Shown here: positions 22,301 to 34,388 of the stretch, in pieces
Layout of the letters: every line of letters starts with the position of its first letter
Numbering within the stretch: position 1 is the first letter of the stretch
NCBI RefSeq assembly: GCF_032444005.1
Contig: NC_091283.1
Span: forward strand, 627,998,001-628,062,000
Direction of reading: 5' to 3'
DNA from: Ranitomeya imitator
Lineage: Eukaryota
DNA: 64,000 nt
Notes under the pieces: model-generated
Databases searched by the model: none
Seen by the model: the letters and a program-made list of their open reading frames with translations, nothing else
Told to the model about the DNA's origin: nothing
Position numbers and translations under genes: made by a program

Positions 22301-25300
22301 AGTATAAGGCCACGTGCACACGGTCCGTATTTGATCAGTATTTTACCTCAGTAGGTGTAAGCCAAAACCAGGAGCGGGTGATAAATACAGAAGTGGTGAC
22401 GTGTTTCTAATAGACTTTTCCTCTGATTGTTCCTCTCCTGTGGGGGGCTCATTCTGTATATAGGGGAAGCAGAGTTAATTTCAGCTTATTAGTTCAGCCC
22501 TCCACAAGTGTCTCTCATGTAGCCTCTTGGGAAAATTGCCCAACCCTAGTCTAAAAGGTCCTGTCGCTATTGATGACACCCTCTAGAAGGTTAGACAGAT
22601 ATGATCCTGATCCAGCAGCATCACCACACCGTACATACACGCCACTTGTCACCAAGGGCTAAGAATCTATTCTACTATAGATCATCACATTAACAGCGCA
22701 CGCACAGAAAATATAGCATTTCACCAATAGGGCCTGATGAGGTGTACAGCAGTCCGTTATTAATCAGGGAGCACTGCTGGCTGCTGTATACAGATGCAGA
22801 TACAAGAGACCTGTTCAAAACGGACGAGAAACTGAGTCTGCCATGCGCTTCTCTTAACCGAACGGCACAATAAATTAACTCTGTGATCTTATGATTAATA
22901 GTAAAGATGACCGATCACTGAAAATAGAGTAGCATATTCAGGCAACAGGTTCACTTTCACACCCTTCAATAGCACGTTATTCAAAATCACAATCAACAAG
23001 CCGAGCCAGTCCTTACCTCTATATACATGTTTCCGTGGACTTCAGACGTGGCGTCTCGTGGTAAGCCGCTACGAAGATGAAGCCCGTCACAATTTTGCGA
23101 GACTACATGCTGCACCTAGTAAGACCATATATTTTAATAAAAATGGTTGCAAGATCCAGAAGTCATCATATCTGACTTATGGGAATATGTACAGCCATAC
23201 GACAAGCTGTCACTGCAACCTATGGGCTGGCGAGGCACTGGGTAATGCACCAGTCTGGAGCTCACAAGGCATTACACAGTGGTCACCATAGGGGGAGGGG
23301 AGTCGTAGACACCTACCAGCCCAGCTCTGTGTAATCGAGCAATGCACATGTGTGTAAAGGTCGGCTGCGCTTCACTCAGATCACCAGTGCTGTGAAATAA
23401 AGAGCACACACTTAATAAAAGTCCCCATTGGAAATGTCTGATGAGAAGATTCACACATCAAATCCCCTCACCTCACACTCCTGCCCTTATTCAGAAGGGT
23501 CCACACACCACTTGGTCCACGATAGTCTGGAATGGCAGCTGCCTAGTAAACAAAGCAGACATTGTTTATTATGTACGTGTTACCATGACTGGAAGCCATC
23601 TTCTAGTCTAAAACGTTTTAAACCATAAACACTAGTCACAGCCCTCATTAGCATAGGGAAAGCGGAGGTTCTAAATGCTTTTGTGTTTATTTAGAATATA
23701 ACTATAGGATTAGTAATGGATAGATTTCTTATAGACACCTCTCCATTACTAATCCGTGGGCTTGATGTCACCAGACAATACAAAGGTGACATCAACCACA
23801 TAAATATTACCCCCCTTGCCATCTAATAGATGTGTATTTTCAGGATGGCTGCGGGCTGCTATTTTTAGGCTGGGGGAGGACAGGTCAATATTCATGGCCC
23901 CTTACCAGCCTGGGAATACCAGCACCCAGCTATCTGCTTTAGCTAGGCTGGTTGTCACAAATGTGGGGAGGGACATCATGCAGTTTCTTTAAAATCATTT
24001 AAATTAAAAAAAAAAAAAAAAAACAGCTAGGCACCAGCCTTGCTAACGCTGACACCTGAGGGTTGCAGCCCACAGCTGTCAGTTTTGTCTGGCTGGTTAT
24101 CAAAAATACAGGGGAACTCACACCGTTTTGTTTTTTTAATTTATTTATAATACAGGCAACAGCTGATGAATATTCCCAGCTGCTGACTGCTCTCAACGTT
24201 ACTAGATGGCAGAAGGTCTAGGCTGATGAGAGTAATAGTCCCATCAGCCGCCGCCTGCTCTCGCTGTTATCAGTTAATTATTACTCTCAACATTCTCCCC
24301 TGCTCGCCGACAGAACAGGGGAGAATGATGAGAGCAGTCTTCAGAAAATAGTGCTGGGGAATAGCGCTAACTGTACCGCTGCTTCCCGTGTCATCCGTGT
24401 GCGGATACGTTTTGTGGTCCGTGCTGCTGTTAAAAAGTGGATATGTCAGCGTATTTTGCCCACAGACACATGGTCCGTGGAAACACACTGACATGTGCAC
24501 AGACCCATTCACTTGAATGGGTCTACGTGTGTAAGTGTCTCTGGTACGTATGAAAACTGTCACCACACGTAGCGGTGACACTGACGTCAGAAAGAGGCCA
24601 GACTAAAATGATGAGTGCAAATGTACATTTTCTTTTTTCATTGGCCCTGCCTGGGATATCGTGACTGGAGGAAAAGGTGGGGTGAGTGGACAGTTTACAA
24701 ATGAGGATGTAGGGAAAATCTTTGTATATTAATCATTCACTTTTTTATGTAACAAATAATATAATTAACATCTACCAGATGTAAAATCTAACAATCGAGC
24801 ATAGTTTGTCCTGAGCCCAAAAGAAGATGTCCATGCTATGTTGACTACCGCACATCCAGTTGAAGTCTATTGAGACGCACAGTCGGGTCTGTAAGCGGCA
24901 AAATGGAGGCCAGCGGCTGACATCAGCGTGCACATGACAGGGGAGGCAAATGGCAGGGAGGTCATGCTCTCTTGTTGCATACTGAAGTCGGCGGCCAGCT
25001 TCAGAAGAAGATGCCGCACAGTGGGGGAGCGGAGGGAAAGTGAGCATATTATTATTATTATTTTTTTTTTTTAAATCAGTGGCCATACTGCTATGTGGAT
25101 GACTATGGGCTGAGCATTATACTATATGGAGGACTATGGGCTGTGCATTATACTATAAGGAAGACTATGGGCTGTGCATTATACTATAAGACTATGGGAT
25201 GCATTATACTATAAGGAGGACTATGGGCTGTGCATTATACTATATGGAGGAGTATGGGTGTCATTATACTATATGGAGGACTATGGGCTGTGCATTATAC

Positions 25301-28022
25301 TATAAGGAAGACTATGGGATGCATTATACTATAAGGAGGACTATGGGATGCATTATACTATAAGGAGGACTATGGGCTGTGCATTATACTATAAGGAAGA
25401 CTATGGGATGCATTATACTATAAGGAGGACTATGGGATGCATTATACTATAAGGAAGACTATGGGCTGTGCATTATACTATAAGGAAGACTATGGGATGC
25501 ATTATACTATAAGGAGGACTATGGGATGCATTATACTATAAGGAGGACTATGGGCTGTGCATTATACTATATGGAGGACTATGGGCTGTGCATTATACTA
25601 TATGGAGGACTATGGGATGCATTATACTATATGGAGGACTATGGGCTGTGCATTATACTATATATTTTTTATATTATATGTATTATTATTCAGAATGGGG
25701 CCTAAATCTTGCACCAGGGACCATAAGACTCTAGTTACGCCACTGCTCCTTACCGTGCTGATCCCAGCTCCAGTGTAGATCACCATATCCTCTGCTCCGC
25801 GTACAGCTTCTGCCAGCTCCAAAACCTTTTTCTGAAGGATTTCAGCTCCATCAACAACCTAAAAAAGGCACAAATATGAATCACAATGTATATTCACTAC
25901 ATAATTAGCAACTTTTGTTCTGTGCTCTATGTTGCCACGTGAAACACCAACAATATCATCATCAGCATAACTAATGTATTCTCCAAGAGGACATTGAAGG
26001 TTTTTTCTTGCATAATGTCTAATAACTTACAACACTGATATAATGTAATGCACACATTACACAGGCGATACTGCCATGCACACATTACACAGGCGATACT
26101 GCCGTGCACACATTACACAGGCGATACTGCCGTGCACACATTACACAGGCGATACTGCCGTGCACACATTACACAGGCGATACTGCCGTGCACACATTAC
26201 ACAGGCGATACTGCCGTGCACACATTACACAGGCGATACTGCCGTGCACACATTACACAGGCGATACTGCCGTGCACACATTACACAGGCGATACTGCCG
26301 TGCACACATTACACAGGCGATACTGCCGTGCACACATTACACAGGCGATACTGCCGTGCACACATTACACAGGCGATACTGCCGTGCACACATTACACAG
26401 GCGATACTGCCGTGCACACATTACACAGGCGATACTGCCGTGCACACATTACACAGGCGATACTGCCGTGCACACATTACACAGGCGATACTGCCGTGCA
26501 CACATTACACAGGCGATACTGCCGTGCACACATTACACAGGCGATACTGCCGTGCATACATTACACAGGCGATACTGCCGTGCACACATTACACAGGCGA
26601 TACTGCCGTGCACACATTACACAGGCGATACTGCCGTGCACACATTACACAGGCGATACTGCCGTGCACACATTACACAGGCGATACTGCCGTGCACACA
26701 TTACACAGGCGATACTGCCGTGCACACATTACACAGGCGATACTGCCGTGCACACATTACACAGGCGATACTGCCGTGCACACATTACACAGGCGATACT
26801 GCCGTGCACACATTACACAGGCGATACTGCCGTGCACACATTACACAGGCGATACTGCCGTGCACACATTACACAGGCGATACTGCCGTGCACACATTAC
26901 ACAGGCGATACTGCCGTGCACACATTACACAGGCGATACTGCCGTGCATACATTACACAGGCGATACTGCCGTGCACACATTACACAGGCGATACTGCCG
27001 TGCATACATTACACAGGCGATACTGCCGTGCACACATTACACAGGCGATACTGCCGTGCACACATTACACAGGCGATACTGCCGTGCATACATTACACAG
27101 GCGATACTGCCGTGCATACATTACACAGGCGATACTGCTACTGACGTGTATAATGGCAGTATCACCCATATAACGTATATACAGTATTATCACCCATATA
27201 TAATGTTAGCATACGCTAACGGACTGCATTAACGCAATGTCCAAAAAGGGATCGCGTTTAGCGATCGCGCTAGCGCAGATGCCCGATCTGCGCTAGCGAG
27301 AACGGACCCAAAAACGCTGCAGACAGCGTTCGAGGTCCGTCACAAAATGACGGAACATTGCTAACGCATGCCAAAAATGGCATGCGTTACATACATTGCG
27401 GTCAATGGGTGCGCTAACGGATCCGTTACATTGCGTTAGTGGCGCTATGTAACGGATTCCGTTAGCGAACACCCACTAACGCAATGTGAACCTAGCCTTA
27501 TCCGCCAGAACACACAGCCTGTGATTGGCTGCAGCGGTCAAGTCACTTTAAGCAGTGCAGCATTAATAATCATCCAATGAGTCGCTGCTGCAGCCAATCA
27601 CAGGCCGCTGGTAGGGCACTGCTCCATCCATGCTGGACGCATCCCATCCCCCGCTAATGCCTGGCATAACCCTTTCCTGTCCTGGGGGTAACTGCCCGCT
27701 GACCACCGTGCTCCGCCCGCACACACTGACCTCCTGCTCCCGGTACCGCAGCCGTTCTCTCCGCTGCCGCTGCCTCTCCAGCTCCTGCACCAGCTCCGCA
27801 CAGCTCTCCAGCAGCTCCCGCTCCCCGGGACTCCGCTCGGCCGGCCGCTTGTGCAAAATCCGGGAGATCTGCAGGAAAGCAGCGGGTCAGAAGGTGCAAA
27901 GCTCTGGGTCCATCGGCCGTAGCCGTGAGACCGCGCCGCCATACCTGTCTCCGCCGCTCCCGGTGCTGCTCGCGCCGCACAATTTGTTCTCGGGCTTCTG
28001 CTTTCCGCTCTGCACGGCCCAT
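16158..28022 (-). CDS. SIRT7: NAD-dependent protein deacetylase sirtuin-7, complete 10-exon gene model, 1176 nt CDS = 391 aa
   Basis: Join (minus) of 27945-28022, 27731-27868, 25754-25858, 23472-23542, 23317-23389, 23017-23115, 20923-21159, 19355-19435, 18696-18802, 16158-16344. Contains GAGIST NAD-binding loop, IPDYRG, QNCDGLH, catalytic His (EVHGNM), zinc ligands CTSC/CHKC, and LGSSLK. Confidence 0.97.
16581..16864. mobile_element. Kolobok/T2-type MITE in SIRT7 intron 9
   Basis: TTAA|AGGGGTTGTCCC ... GGGACAATCCCT|ATAA (right TSD mutated). Confidence 0.7.
17521..18483. mobile_element. Non-autonomous hAT element (963 bp) with an internal 30-bp minisatellite, SIRT7 intron 9
   Basis: TIR CAGTG(G/A)TGGCG(A/G)AC; perfect 8-bp TSD GTATAAGG (17513-17520, 18484-18491); array of GGGGCCATTATACAGTATGGAGCATCATGT-like units ~17885-18260. 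Confidence 0.9.
18696..18802 (-). CDS. SIRT7: SIRT7 exon 9 ([36 protein letters not shown])
   Basis: 107 nt; WTPKD and HGKCD motifs; donor AG|GTGATT (phase 2). Confidence 0.96.
19355..19435 (-). CDS. SIRT7: SIRT7 exon 8 ([27 protein letters not shown])
   Basis: 81 nt; acceptor ctcctcag|, donor |gtaaga. Confidence 0.96.
20007..20414. mobile_element. Older Harbinger-like MITE in SIRT7 intron 7
   Basis: TIR GGCTA(C/T)ATTCACA; TSD imperfect. Confidence 0.55.
20923..21159 (-). CDS. SIRT7: SIRT7 exon 7 ([13 protein letters not shown]...CHKC...LGSSLK)
   Basis: 237 nt; four zinc-binding cysteines; matches ORF 20899..21159. Confidence 0.97.
23017..23115 (-). CDS. SIRT7: SIRT7 exon 6 ([33 protein letters not shown])
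   Basis: 99 nt; QNCDGLH and catalytic HG; donor |gtaagg. Confidence 0.97.
23317..23389 (-). CDS. SIRT7: SIRT7 exon 5 ([24 protein letters not shown])
   Basis: 73 nt; acceptor ttcacag|, donor |gtaggt. Confidence 0.95.
23472..23542 (-). CDS. SIRT7: SIRT7 exon 4 ([24 protein letters not shown])
   Basis: 71 nt; IPDYRGP motif; donor |gtgagg. Confidence 0.96.
25085..25662. repeat. 29/31-bp minisatellite (GGAGGACTATGGG[CTGT/AT]GCATTATACTATA) in SIRT7 intron 3
   Basis: Alternating 29- and 31-bp units. Confidence 0.93.
25754..25858 (-). CDS. SIRT7: SIRT7 exon 3 ([35 protein letters not shown])
   Basis: 105 nt; YTGAGIST motif; donor |gtaagg. Confidence 0.96.
26048..27138. repeat. 28-bp tandem array (GTGCACACATTACACAGGCGATACTGCC)x~39 in SIRT7 intron 2
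   Basis: Near-identical units; only a C>T variant in a few units. Explains the 346-394 aa repetitive ORFs. Confidence 0.98.
27731..27868 (-). CDS. SIRT7: SIRT7 exon 2 ([20 protein letters not shown]...RYREQE)
   Basis: 138 nt after a 76-nt intron; acceptor cctgcag|, donor |gtcagt. Confidence 0.93.
27945..28022 (-). CDS. SIRT7: SIRT7 coding exon 1 ([26 protein letters not shown])
   Basis: ATG at 28022 with an in-frame upstream TGA; donor CAG|GTATGG; resembles human SRSERKAAERVRRLREEQQRERLRQ. Confidence 0.9.
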
Positions 28023-28039
28023 ACCGGTAACTTGGAAAC

Positions 28040-28165
28040 ACCTTCCGCTTCCGCGAGCGGCTCCGAACCGGATGAGACGTCATTCCTGCTGCACTGAGGG
28101 GCGGCCACGTGACCGGCAACAGAACGCGTAGAATCTGCCCTGAGAACGGCCCTCCTAGCAACCAG
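28040..28165 (-). promoter_or_regulatory. SIRT7 promoter motifs / CpG island edge
   Basis: Tandem ETS GCGGAAGCGGAAG near 28043-28055; CRE-like TGACGTCT near 28075-28082; E-box GTCACGTGG near 28105-28113; CpG-rich 27700-28160. Confidence 0.6.
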
Positions 28166-29074
28166 AGTCTAACTCTCACAACCAATCACATTTCAGCTCT
28201 CATTCGTACAAAGCAGATTAGCAAATATAATCTGACACTTGATTGGTGGCTGGGCACAGTTGTGGCATATACACAGGGGGGCATACGCCTATGTCAGGAG
28301 CACTAGCCACTGACACTCCATGGGTGGCCGCACATATGTGTATGGAAGATATGGAGATTAAAGTAGAGACAAAAACTCAAATACACACATGTTTATACAT
28401 ATAAAAAAAATTGATCAATGGTAAATCACCTGTAACCAACATTGTTGTTCACAGAAACATATAAAAATAGTTCTGGTTTCATCTGTAATAAAAATAATCA
28501 ATTTTTCATCTTAATTTTAATCCATATGTCTCTGTTTTTATATATCAGTGGTTTTTAAAATTTACGAGACCAGTTGTCTATGTGAAAGAATTACGATATA
28601 TATGTAAAAATCAGATGGTTTAAGATGGGAGAAACCCCTTAAAGTATGATTAGATTTTTTGGGGCAAATTAGGGCGTATTCGGAATAGGATATGCACTGA
28701 GCGTAATGGAACGGACACATTAATTCATCTAAAACCTGGATGTAAGACTAGTTCTATTCAATTCTAGGGGTCTGTGTGCCGTCAGGTTTTCAAAGGGATA
28801 ACTCAGAGACAATAAATCTCATGGTCCAGTCTTGGACTGACCCCCGGAGAACAGGTAAATGCCCCGGGGGGCCCCTGTGGAGGAGGACATCACTCGTTCC
28901 CCAACATGAGCAGCAGTGGTCTCATTTGATTTCCTTTGTATACAGAGGGGCAGCATCTCATTACTCATGTGACAAACTACCCGGACTATTATATAGGATC
29001 AGAGGCAAATTTGTGAAAGAGGGTAATGTAATATTTGCATGTAGGTTAACAGTGGGCCCCCAGAGCCAATGTTA

Positions 29075-29495
29075 GGCTACTTTCACACTAGCGTTAACTG
29101 CAATCCGTCACAATGCGTCGTTTTGCCGAAAAAACGCATCCTGCAAAAGTGCTTGCAGGATGCGTTTTTTCCCCATAGACTTGTATTGGCGACGCATTGC
29201 GACGGATTGCCACACGTCGCATCCGTCGTGCGACGGATGCGTCGTGCTTTGGCGGACCGTCGGCACAAAAAAACGCTACATGTAACGTTTTTTGCTGCCG
29301 ACGGACCGCTTTTTCCGACCGCGCATGCGCGGCCGGAACTCCTCCCCCACCTCCCCGCACCTCACAATGGGGCAGCGGATGCGATGAAAATCTGCATCCG
29401 CTGCACCCGTTGTGCGGCGCTTACAACGCTAGCGTCGGTAACCTCGGCCCGATGCACTGCGACGAGCCGAGCCCGACGCTAGTGTGAAAGAAGCC
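29075..29495. mobile_element. Harbinger/PIF-type MITE (421 bp)
   Basis: TIR GGCT(A/T)CTTTCACACT; TTA TSD on both sides; same family as 50187-50595. Confidence 0.85.
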
Positions 29496-29742
29496 TTACT
29501 GGGGGTCCTTGTCGTCCCACTCTGACACTGCTGTGGCAGGAGTATTCCCGACTGAGTCTGTGCACTTAGCTGAACATGTAGATCAGGAAAAGTACCCGGA
29601 GTCCTTCACAATATATCTCATTGATAGATCAAGCATTATTAATCCACAACTATCCCTTCCCGACTAGTTCTAAACTTGAGGGAACAATAAAGTACAGTAA
29701 CCAAATCAGAGATAGGCAGGAGCTAATACACAGTATGGGGAT

Positions 29743-30612
29743 ATATTTATTAACGATCTGGTAGCAGGTTTACAGAGTAAAATATCGATATTTGCAAATG
29801 ATACAAAACTATGTAAAGCAGTCAATACAAAACGGGAAACCACAGGGTAAATCTGACATGAAGGAGGACTTGGGGATCCTAGTTAATGATACACTTACCT
29901 GGAGCATCCAGTGTCAAACAGGATCATGGGGTGCATTAAAAGACATCTGGATACACATGATGAGAGCATTATACTGCCTCTGTACAAATCTCTGGTTAGA
30001 CCGCACATGGAGTATTGTGTGCAGTTTTGGGCACCGGTGCTCAGGAAACATATAACGGAACTAGAGCGAGTACAAAGGAGGGCAACATAATAAAGGGGAT
30101 GGGGAGTACAAAGGAGGGCAACAAAATTAATAAAGGGGATGGGGATTATATCTTACAGTTATTAGTTTCCTTAGAAGGACGAAGATCTGGGTATTTATTC
30201 TGTGACAGAATATAGGCTGAACTGGATGGACAAATGTCTTTTTTCAGCCTTGTTAGTAAGGCTAGGGTCACATTGCGTTAGCAGCAGCCCGTTCAGCGCA
30301 TACACTAACGGGCTGCTGCTAGCGCAAGTGCCTGCGCTACATCACGCTATCGCAGATGGAGCTTCTGCTAGCTCCATCTGCGCTAGCAGTGACGGACCCG
30401 GAAACGCTGCAGCCAGCGTCTCGGGTCCGTCACTCAATGACGGCGCATCACTAGCGCACGCCCATTTTGGGCGTGCGCTAGGCGATGCGTCCGACATTGC
30501 ATTCAATGGCGGCGTTAACGGAGTACGTTACACAGCGTTATGCCGCGGTGTAACGTACTCCGTTTAACGTTGCCCCTGAACACAATGTGAACCAAGCCTA
30601 ACTATGTTATTA
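29743..30612 (+). mobile_element. Degraded, internally deleted CR1 3' fragment with its tail interrupted by a MITE
   Basis: Similar to the 36520-40223 CR1 (IFADDTKL-like region, HMEYCVQFW region, CTATGTTA tail). Confidence 0.85.
30260..30598. mobile_element. Harbinger-type MITE (339 bp) inserted in a CR1 tail
   Basis: TIR GGCT(A/T)GG(G/T)TCACATTG; TAA TSD; related half element ends at 27497. Confidence 0.85.
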
Positions 30613-31451
30613 TGACTGTGTCGTGGGAAAATGTGCCCTACATCAGTGTGTCTCTACTCATCCAATATCTTCTGGCTGGTCTCACGCCTACCCTGACTCA
30701 TATTTATTCCCGATGTGGTTAGTGTGCCCACCAATTTAAGTGGGGGTTCAGCAAACACATTTTATTCTGTTGGAAAAAAAGGCTTTTTTTTTACTGATCC
30801 ATGCATAGTCTGCTTGCAATAAAATGACATCTGAACATGTCCATAGGGTACATAGTCTGTAATGGGTACATGTTGAAGTCAGAGTGAGACACGGACGGTC
30901 ATACGCTTCTCCCTTATTAAGGAAACGGTTATGTCCTGTGTATTGAAAAAAATGTCTTTTATCATGCATAGAACCTTACAGGCACCAAGGTGCAGGGTTA
31001 ACATATTGTAATGTAATTGGGATAATCATAATATGTGCAATTTCAGAGTCTTATAAGTACTTCGTTATGTGGTTCTCTCTGTGTTTTTGGAGAATTTCTC
31101 ATACTCCTGCACTGACTAGAAGAACTTGACTATCATATTAAACAGTGTCAATTTCTTTTAGCTGTGCAGGGATTAATCTGCTCTGCTGAGAGCTCCTGGA
31201 AGCTTTCCTGTTCTCAGCTGTGCACTGTTAGCCACTCCCATCTCCTATATATTCTAGGCCCCGGCTGCACTCATTGTCAGAGAAAGCTTATGTTGCATGC
31301 AGGGCCGGACTGGGACTAAAATTCAGCCCTGGCATTTGAAGTCACACAGGCCCACTTGTCGCATGGTGACTGTATAATATCTTTGTACACTTGTAGGTTA
31401 CAAGAAGTGAGGGGAGTGTAACACGACTATATAACATATAATTATAGATGC

Positions 31452-31662
31452 ATCAAAAAAGTAACTCCGGCACACAGTAAAAGTCAATTCGATTCACACA
31501 TGAATTTATTAGAAATTTCAATAATATTCTTCATCCAAAGACTATAAATTTAAACCGCATACGTAGTGAAAAAAAGGGACAATAATACTCTCCAAGTAGT
31601 AACTTCACAGTAAATTATTTCAACGTTTCGGCTTGTGAGCCTTTTTCAAGAGAAACCTGTAC
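31452..31662 (-). mobile_element. Penelope-like element terminal (pLTR) fragment with a minimal hammerhead motif
   Basis: Minus strand: TTGAAAA-A-GGCT-CACA-AGCC-GAAA-CGTT, then AATAAA (31505-31510) and a GTGCCGGAG..TTTTTT end. Confidence 0.7.
31621..31656 (-). ncRNA. Candidate minimal type I hammerhead ribozyme (U3:A8 core variant)
   Basis: Core TTGAAAA/GAAA; 4-bp stem II GGCT/AGCC; palindromic AACGTT stem III; stem I only partly paired. Confidence 0.5.
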
Positions 31663-31679
31663 ATGTATCAGTGTTGGGA

Positions 31680-31910
31680 ATCCGGGTGCATCAGGTCCGT
31701 AGTGAGGTTTGAGATGAAGTGGGATGGAATCGGGTCAAGTGCACAGGTGGTGAGATGTGATCTTGAGAGTAGAGTGGAGAGTCGATCTTCTGTAATGGTG
31801 GAGAAGTTGGTTTTGGAGGTGGAGGGCTGGGAAGTCGGGAGGAAGGGCTCTGGGGGTTGTTCACTAAAACTGTCTCTGATGTTATCAATCTTCTGCTTGA
31901 AAAATGAGGC
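31680..31910 (-). mobile_element. L2-clade LINE ORF2 fragment (antisense)
   Basis: Minus strand reads ...LLSRSHLTTCALDPIPSHF..., homologous to the start of the plus-strand L2 at 32060. Confidence 0.65.
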
Positions 31911-32059
31911 AAATTATAAGACATATAGTATAATGATGCCACTCCAGAGCATAATGCAGCCCCCCATAGAATATAATGTAGCCCCTCCATAGAATACAAC
32001 GCAGCTCTCCTCATATAGTATAATGCAGCCCCCTCATAGAGTATGATGCAATCATCCCT

Positions 32060-32809
32060 CATAGACATCACCGAAGGGGGGCTTAATTGTCTCCTCTCCA
32101 AATCGCACCTCACCACCTGTGCGCTCAACCCCATCCCATTCCACCTCCTCCCCAACCTCACCACCACACTTATCCCATTCCCTAACCAACCTCTTCATCC
32201 TATCACTATCTTCTGGCACCTTCCCTTCTGCTTTCAAACATGCCACAATCACGCCTATCCTTAAAAAGCCAACCCTCGATCCAACTGCTATGTCCAGCTA
32301 TCGCCCAATATCACTGCTCCCATTCGCGTCCAAACTCCTGGAGCAGCACGTCCACTCTGAACTTTCCTCCCACCTCTCATCTAACTTGCTCTTTGACAAT
32401 CTACAATCTGGTTTCTGCCCCATCACTCAACTGAGACAGCCCTGACCAAAATCACTAACGACCTACTTACCACCAAAGCTAATGGACAATACTCTATACT
32501 CCTCCTTCTAGACCTGTCTTCTGCTTTCGACACAGTTGACCACTGCCTCCTACTACAGATCCTCTCCTCCTTTGGCACCAAAGGCCTCGCCCTATCCTGG
32601 ATCTCCTCGTACCTTTCCAACCGCACATTCAGCGTTTCCCACTCCCACACTACCTCCTCATCCCATCCTCTCTCTGTTGGAGTTCCCCAAGGCCCTGTTC
32701 TAGGACCCCTACTCTTCTCAATCTATACACTTGGCTTGGGACAACTCATAAAGTCCCATGGATTCCAGTACCACCTCTATGCTGATGACACTCAGATCTA
32801 CCTCTCTGC
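32060..32809 (+). mobile_element. L2-clade LINE reverse-transcriptase fragment (frameshifted)
   Basis: [65 protein letters not shown]. Confidence 0.9.
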
Positions 32810-33494
32810 CTGCATAGGCAGCATCAATAGTAAAAAAGTTGGAGACACACAGGGTTAATAGCAGCGGTAACGGAGTGCGGTACCCACGGCCCCGTTACTG
32901 CTGGCATTAACCCTGTGTGAGCGGTGACTGGAGGGGATTACGGAGCAGGCGCCGGGCACTGACTGCAGGGGAGTAGGGGAGGGACTAATCGGACTGTGCC
33001 CATCGCTGATTGGTCGCGGCAGCCATGACAGACAGCTGGCGAGACCAATCAGTGACGTGGGATTTCCGTTACGGAAGTTGCCGACAGAAAGACGGAAGTA
33101 CCCCTTAGACAATTATATATATAGATATATATAAATATATATATATAGCCACACACACATACATGTATATATATTGCATGGTCTCCTTTATTATGTATAT
33201 TGCCATCCCTTATTATACAGTGCCCTCTCTTGTTATATACAGCACCGTCTCTTACATATTGGATTATATAGAGCCCTGTTTTTTTATTACATACCGTCCT
33301 GTCTTGTTAGATGTATAATGCAATGAATGCTGATGGAGCATGGGAAAGCTTATTTTCTAATGGAGGAGCTGATGGACTGGTAGTCTGGACACCGGCTGCT
33401 CCATCAGCAGTCATTTTATATCTAACAAGAGAGGGGACTATGTAATAAAAGAGGGCGCTGTGAATAACAGCAATAACAAGAATACACTATGTAA

Positions 33495-34388
33495 GGCCTC
33501 TTTCAGACGTCAGTGTCTCCGGTACGTGTAGTGACAGTTTTCTCACGTACCGGAGACACTGACACACGTAGACCCATTCAAAATAATGGGTCTATGCACA
33601 TGTCTCCGTGTTTTCACGGACCGTGTGTCCGTGTTGAAAACACGGAGACATATCAGTTTTTTGCCGGAAGCACATACCGCAATACGTGCCGCACACGTGC
33701 ACACGGAGAACAGTGTGCACGTACCGCCCGCAGGAGAGACAGCGCTACAGTTAAGCGCTGTCCCCCCTGCGTGCGGTGCTGAATCCAGAATTCATCCCTT
33801 CTTCCCAGCAGCATTTGCTGGAAAGAAGGGATGAATCATCTTTTTTTTTTTTTTCACCTTAAAAATAAAGTTAATGCGTCCCCTCCCGCCTCCCATCCCT
33901 TGTGCGCTGGCCAGGAAATACTCACCCAGCTCCAGCGATGTCTCCTCTCAGCGGCTGCAGCCTGTGCTGTGTGAGCGGTCACGTGAATATGCGCATATTC
34001 CTCACTGTAATTAGCGGTCCCACGTGACCGTTCACACAGGAGAAGCTGCCAGCGCTGAGAGGAGAGAGGAGACATCGTGGGAGCTAGGTGAGTATTTCTA
34101 TGCAAGGGGCCGGGCGGCGCACGGGGGATGGAAGGGGGGAGTCACAAGAAAACTTTATTTTTAACAAAAAAAAAGAAAAAATTATCTTTCATCTCTTCTC
34201 TCCTGCGGGGGAGAAGAGATGAATGCGGCTTCAGCACCACACAGGGGGGACAGCGCTTAGTGTAGCGCTGTCTCCCCTGCACGGTCCGTGTGGTCCTCAG
34301 GCGGCACACGGATGCCGCACGTGTGCCACACTGATGTGCTACGTGAGCACACGGACACAGATAATTATCTGGACGTCTGAAAGAGGCC
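33495..34388. mobile_element. Harbinger-type non-autonomous element (894 bp)
   Basis: TIR GGCCTCTTTCAGACGT; TAA TSD on both sides; related right end at ~24575-24598. Confidence 0.85.

Larger units (their letters stand above)
31300..32060. mobile_element. Truncated hAT-like element (left end CAGGGCCGGACTGGG) with a 30-bp minisatellite, interrupted by Penelope and L2 fragments
   Basis: hAT-type left terminus; array 31925-32060; right TIR not found. Confidence 0.5.

Noticed and set aside
26048-27232. Three long ORFs (346-394 aa) of [28 protein letters not shown] repeats
   Set aside because: They are the three frames of a stop-free 28-bp tandem array inside SIRT7 intron 2, on the opposite strand. 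No coding evidence.
27598-28185. 195-aa ORF and ATG at 28083 overlapping the SIRT7 start
   Set aside because: Out of frame with SIRT7, runs through intron 1, and is typical of stop-poor CpG-island DNA; the ATG lies in a CRE-like promoter motif.
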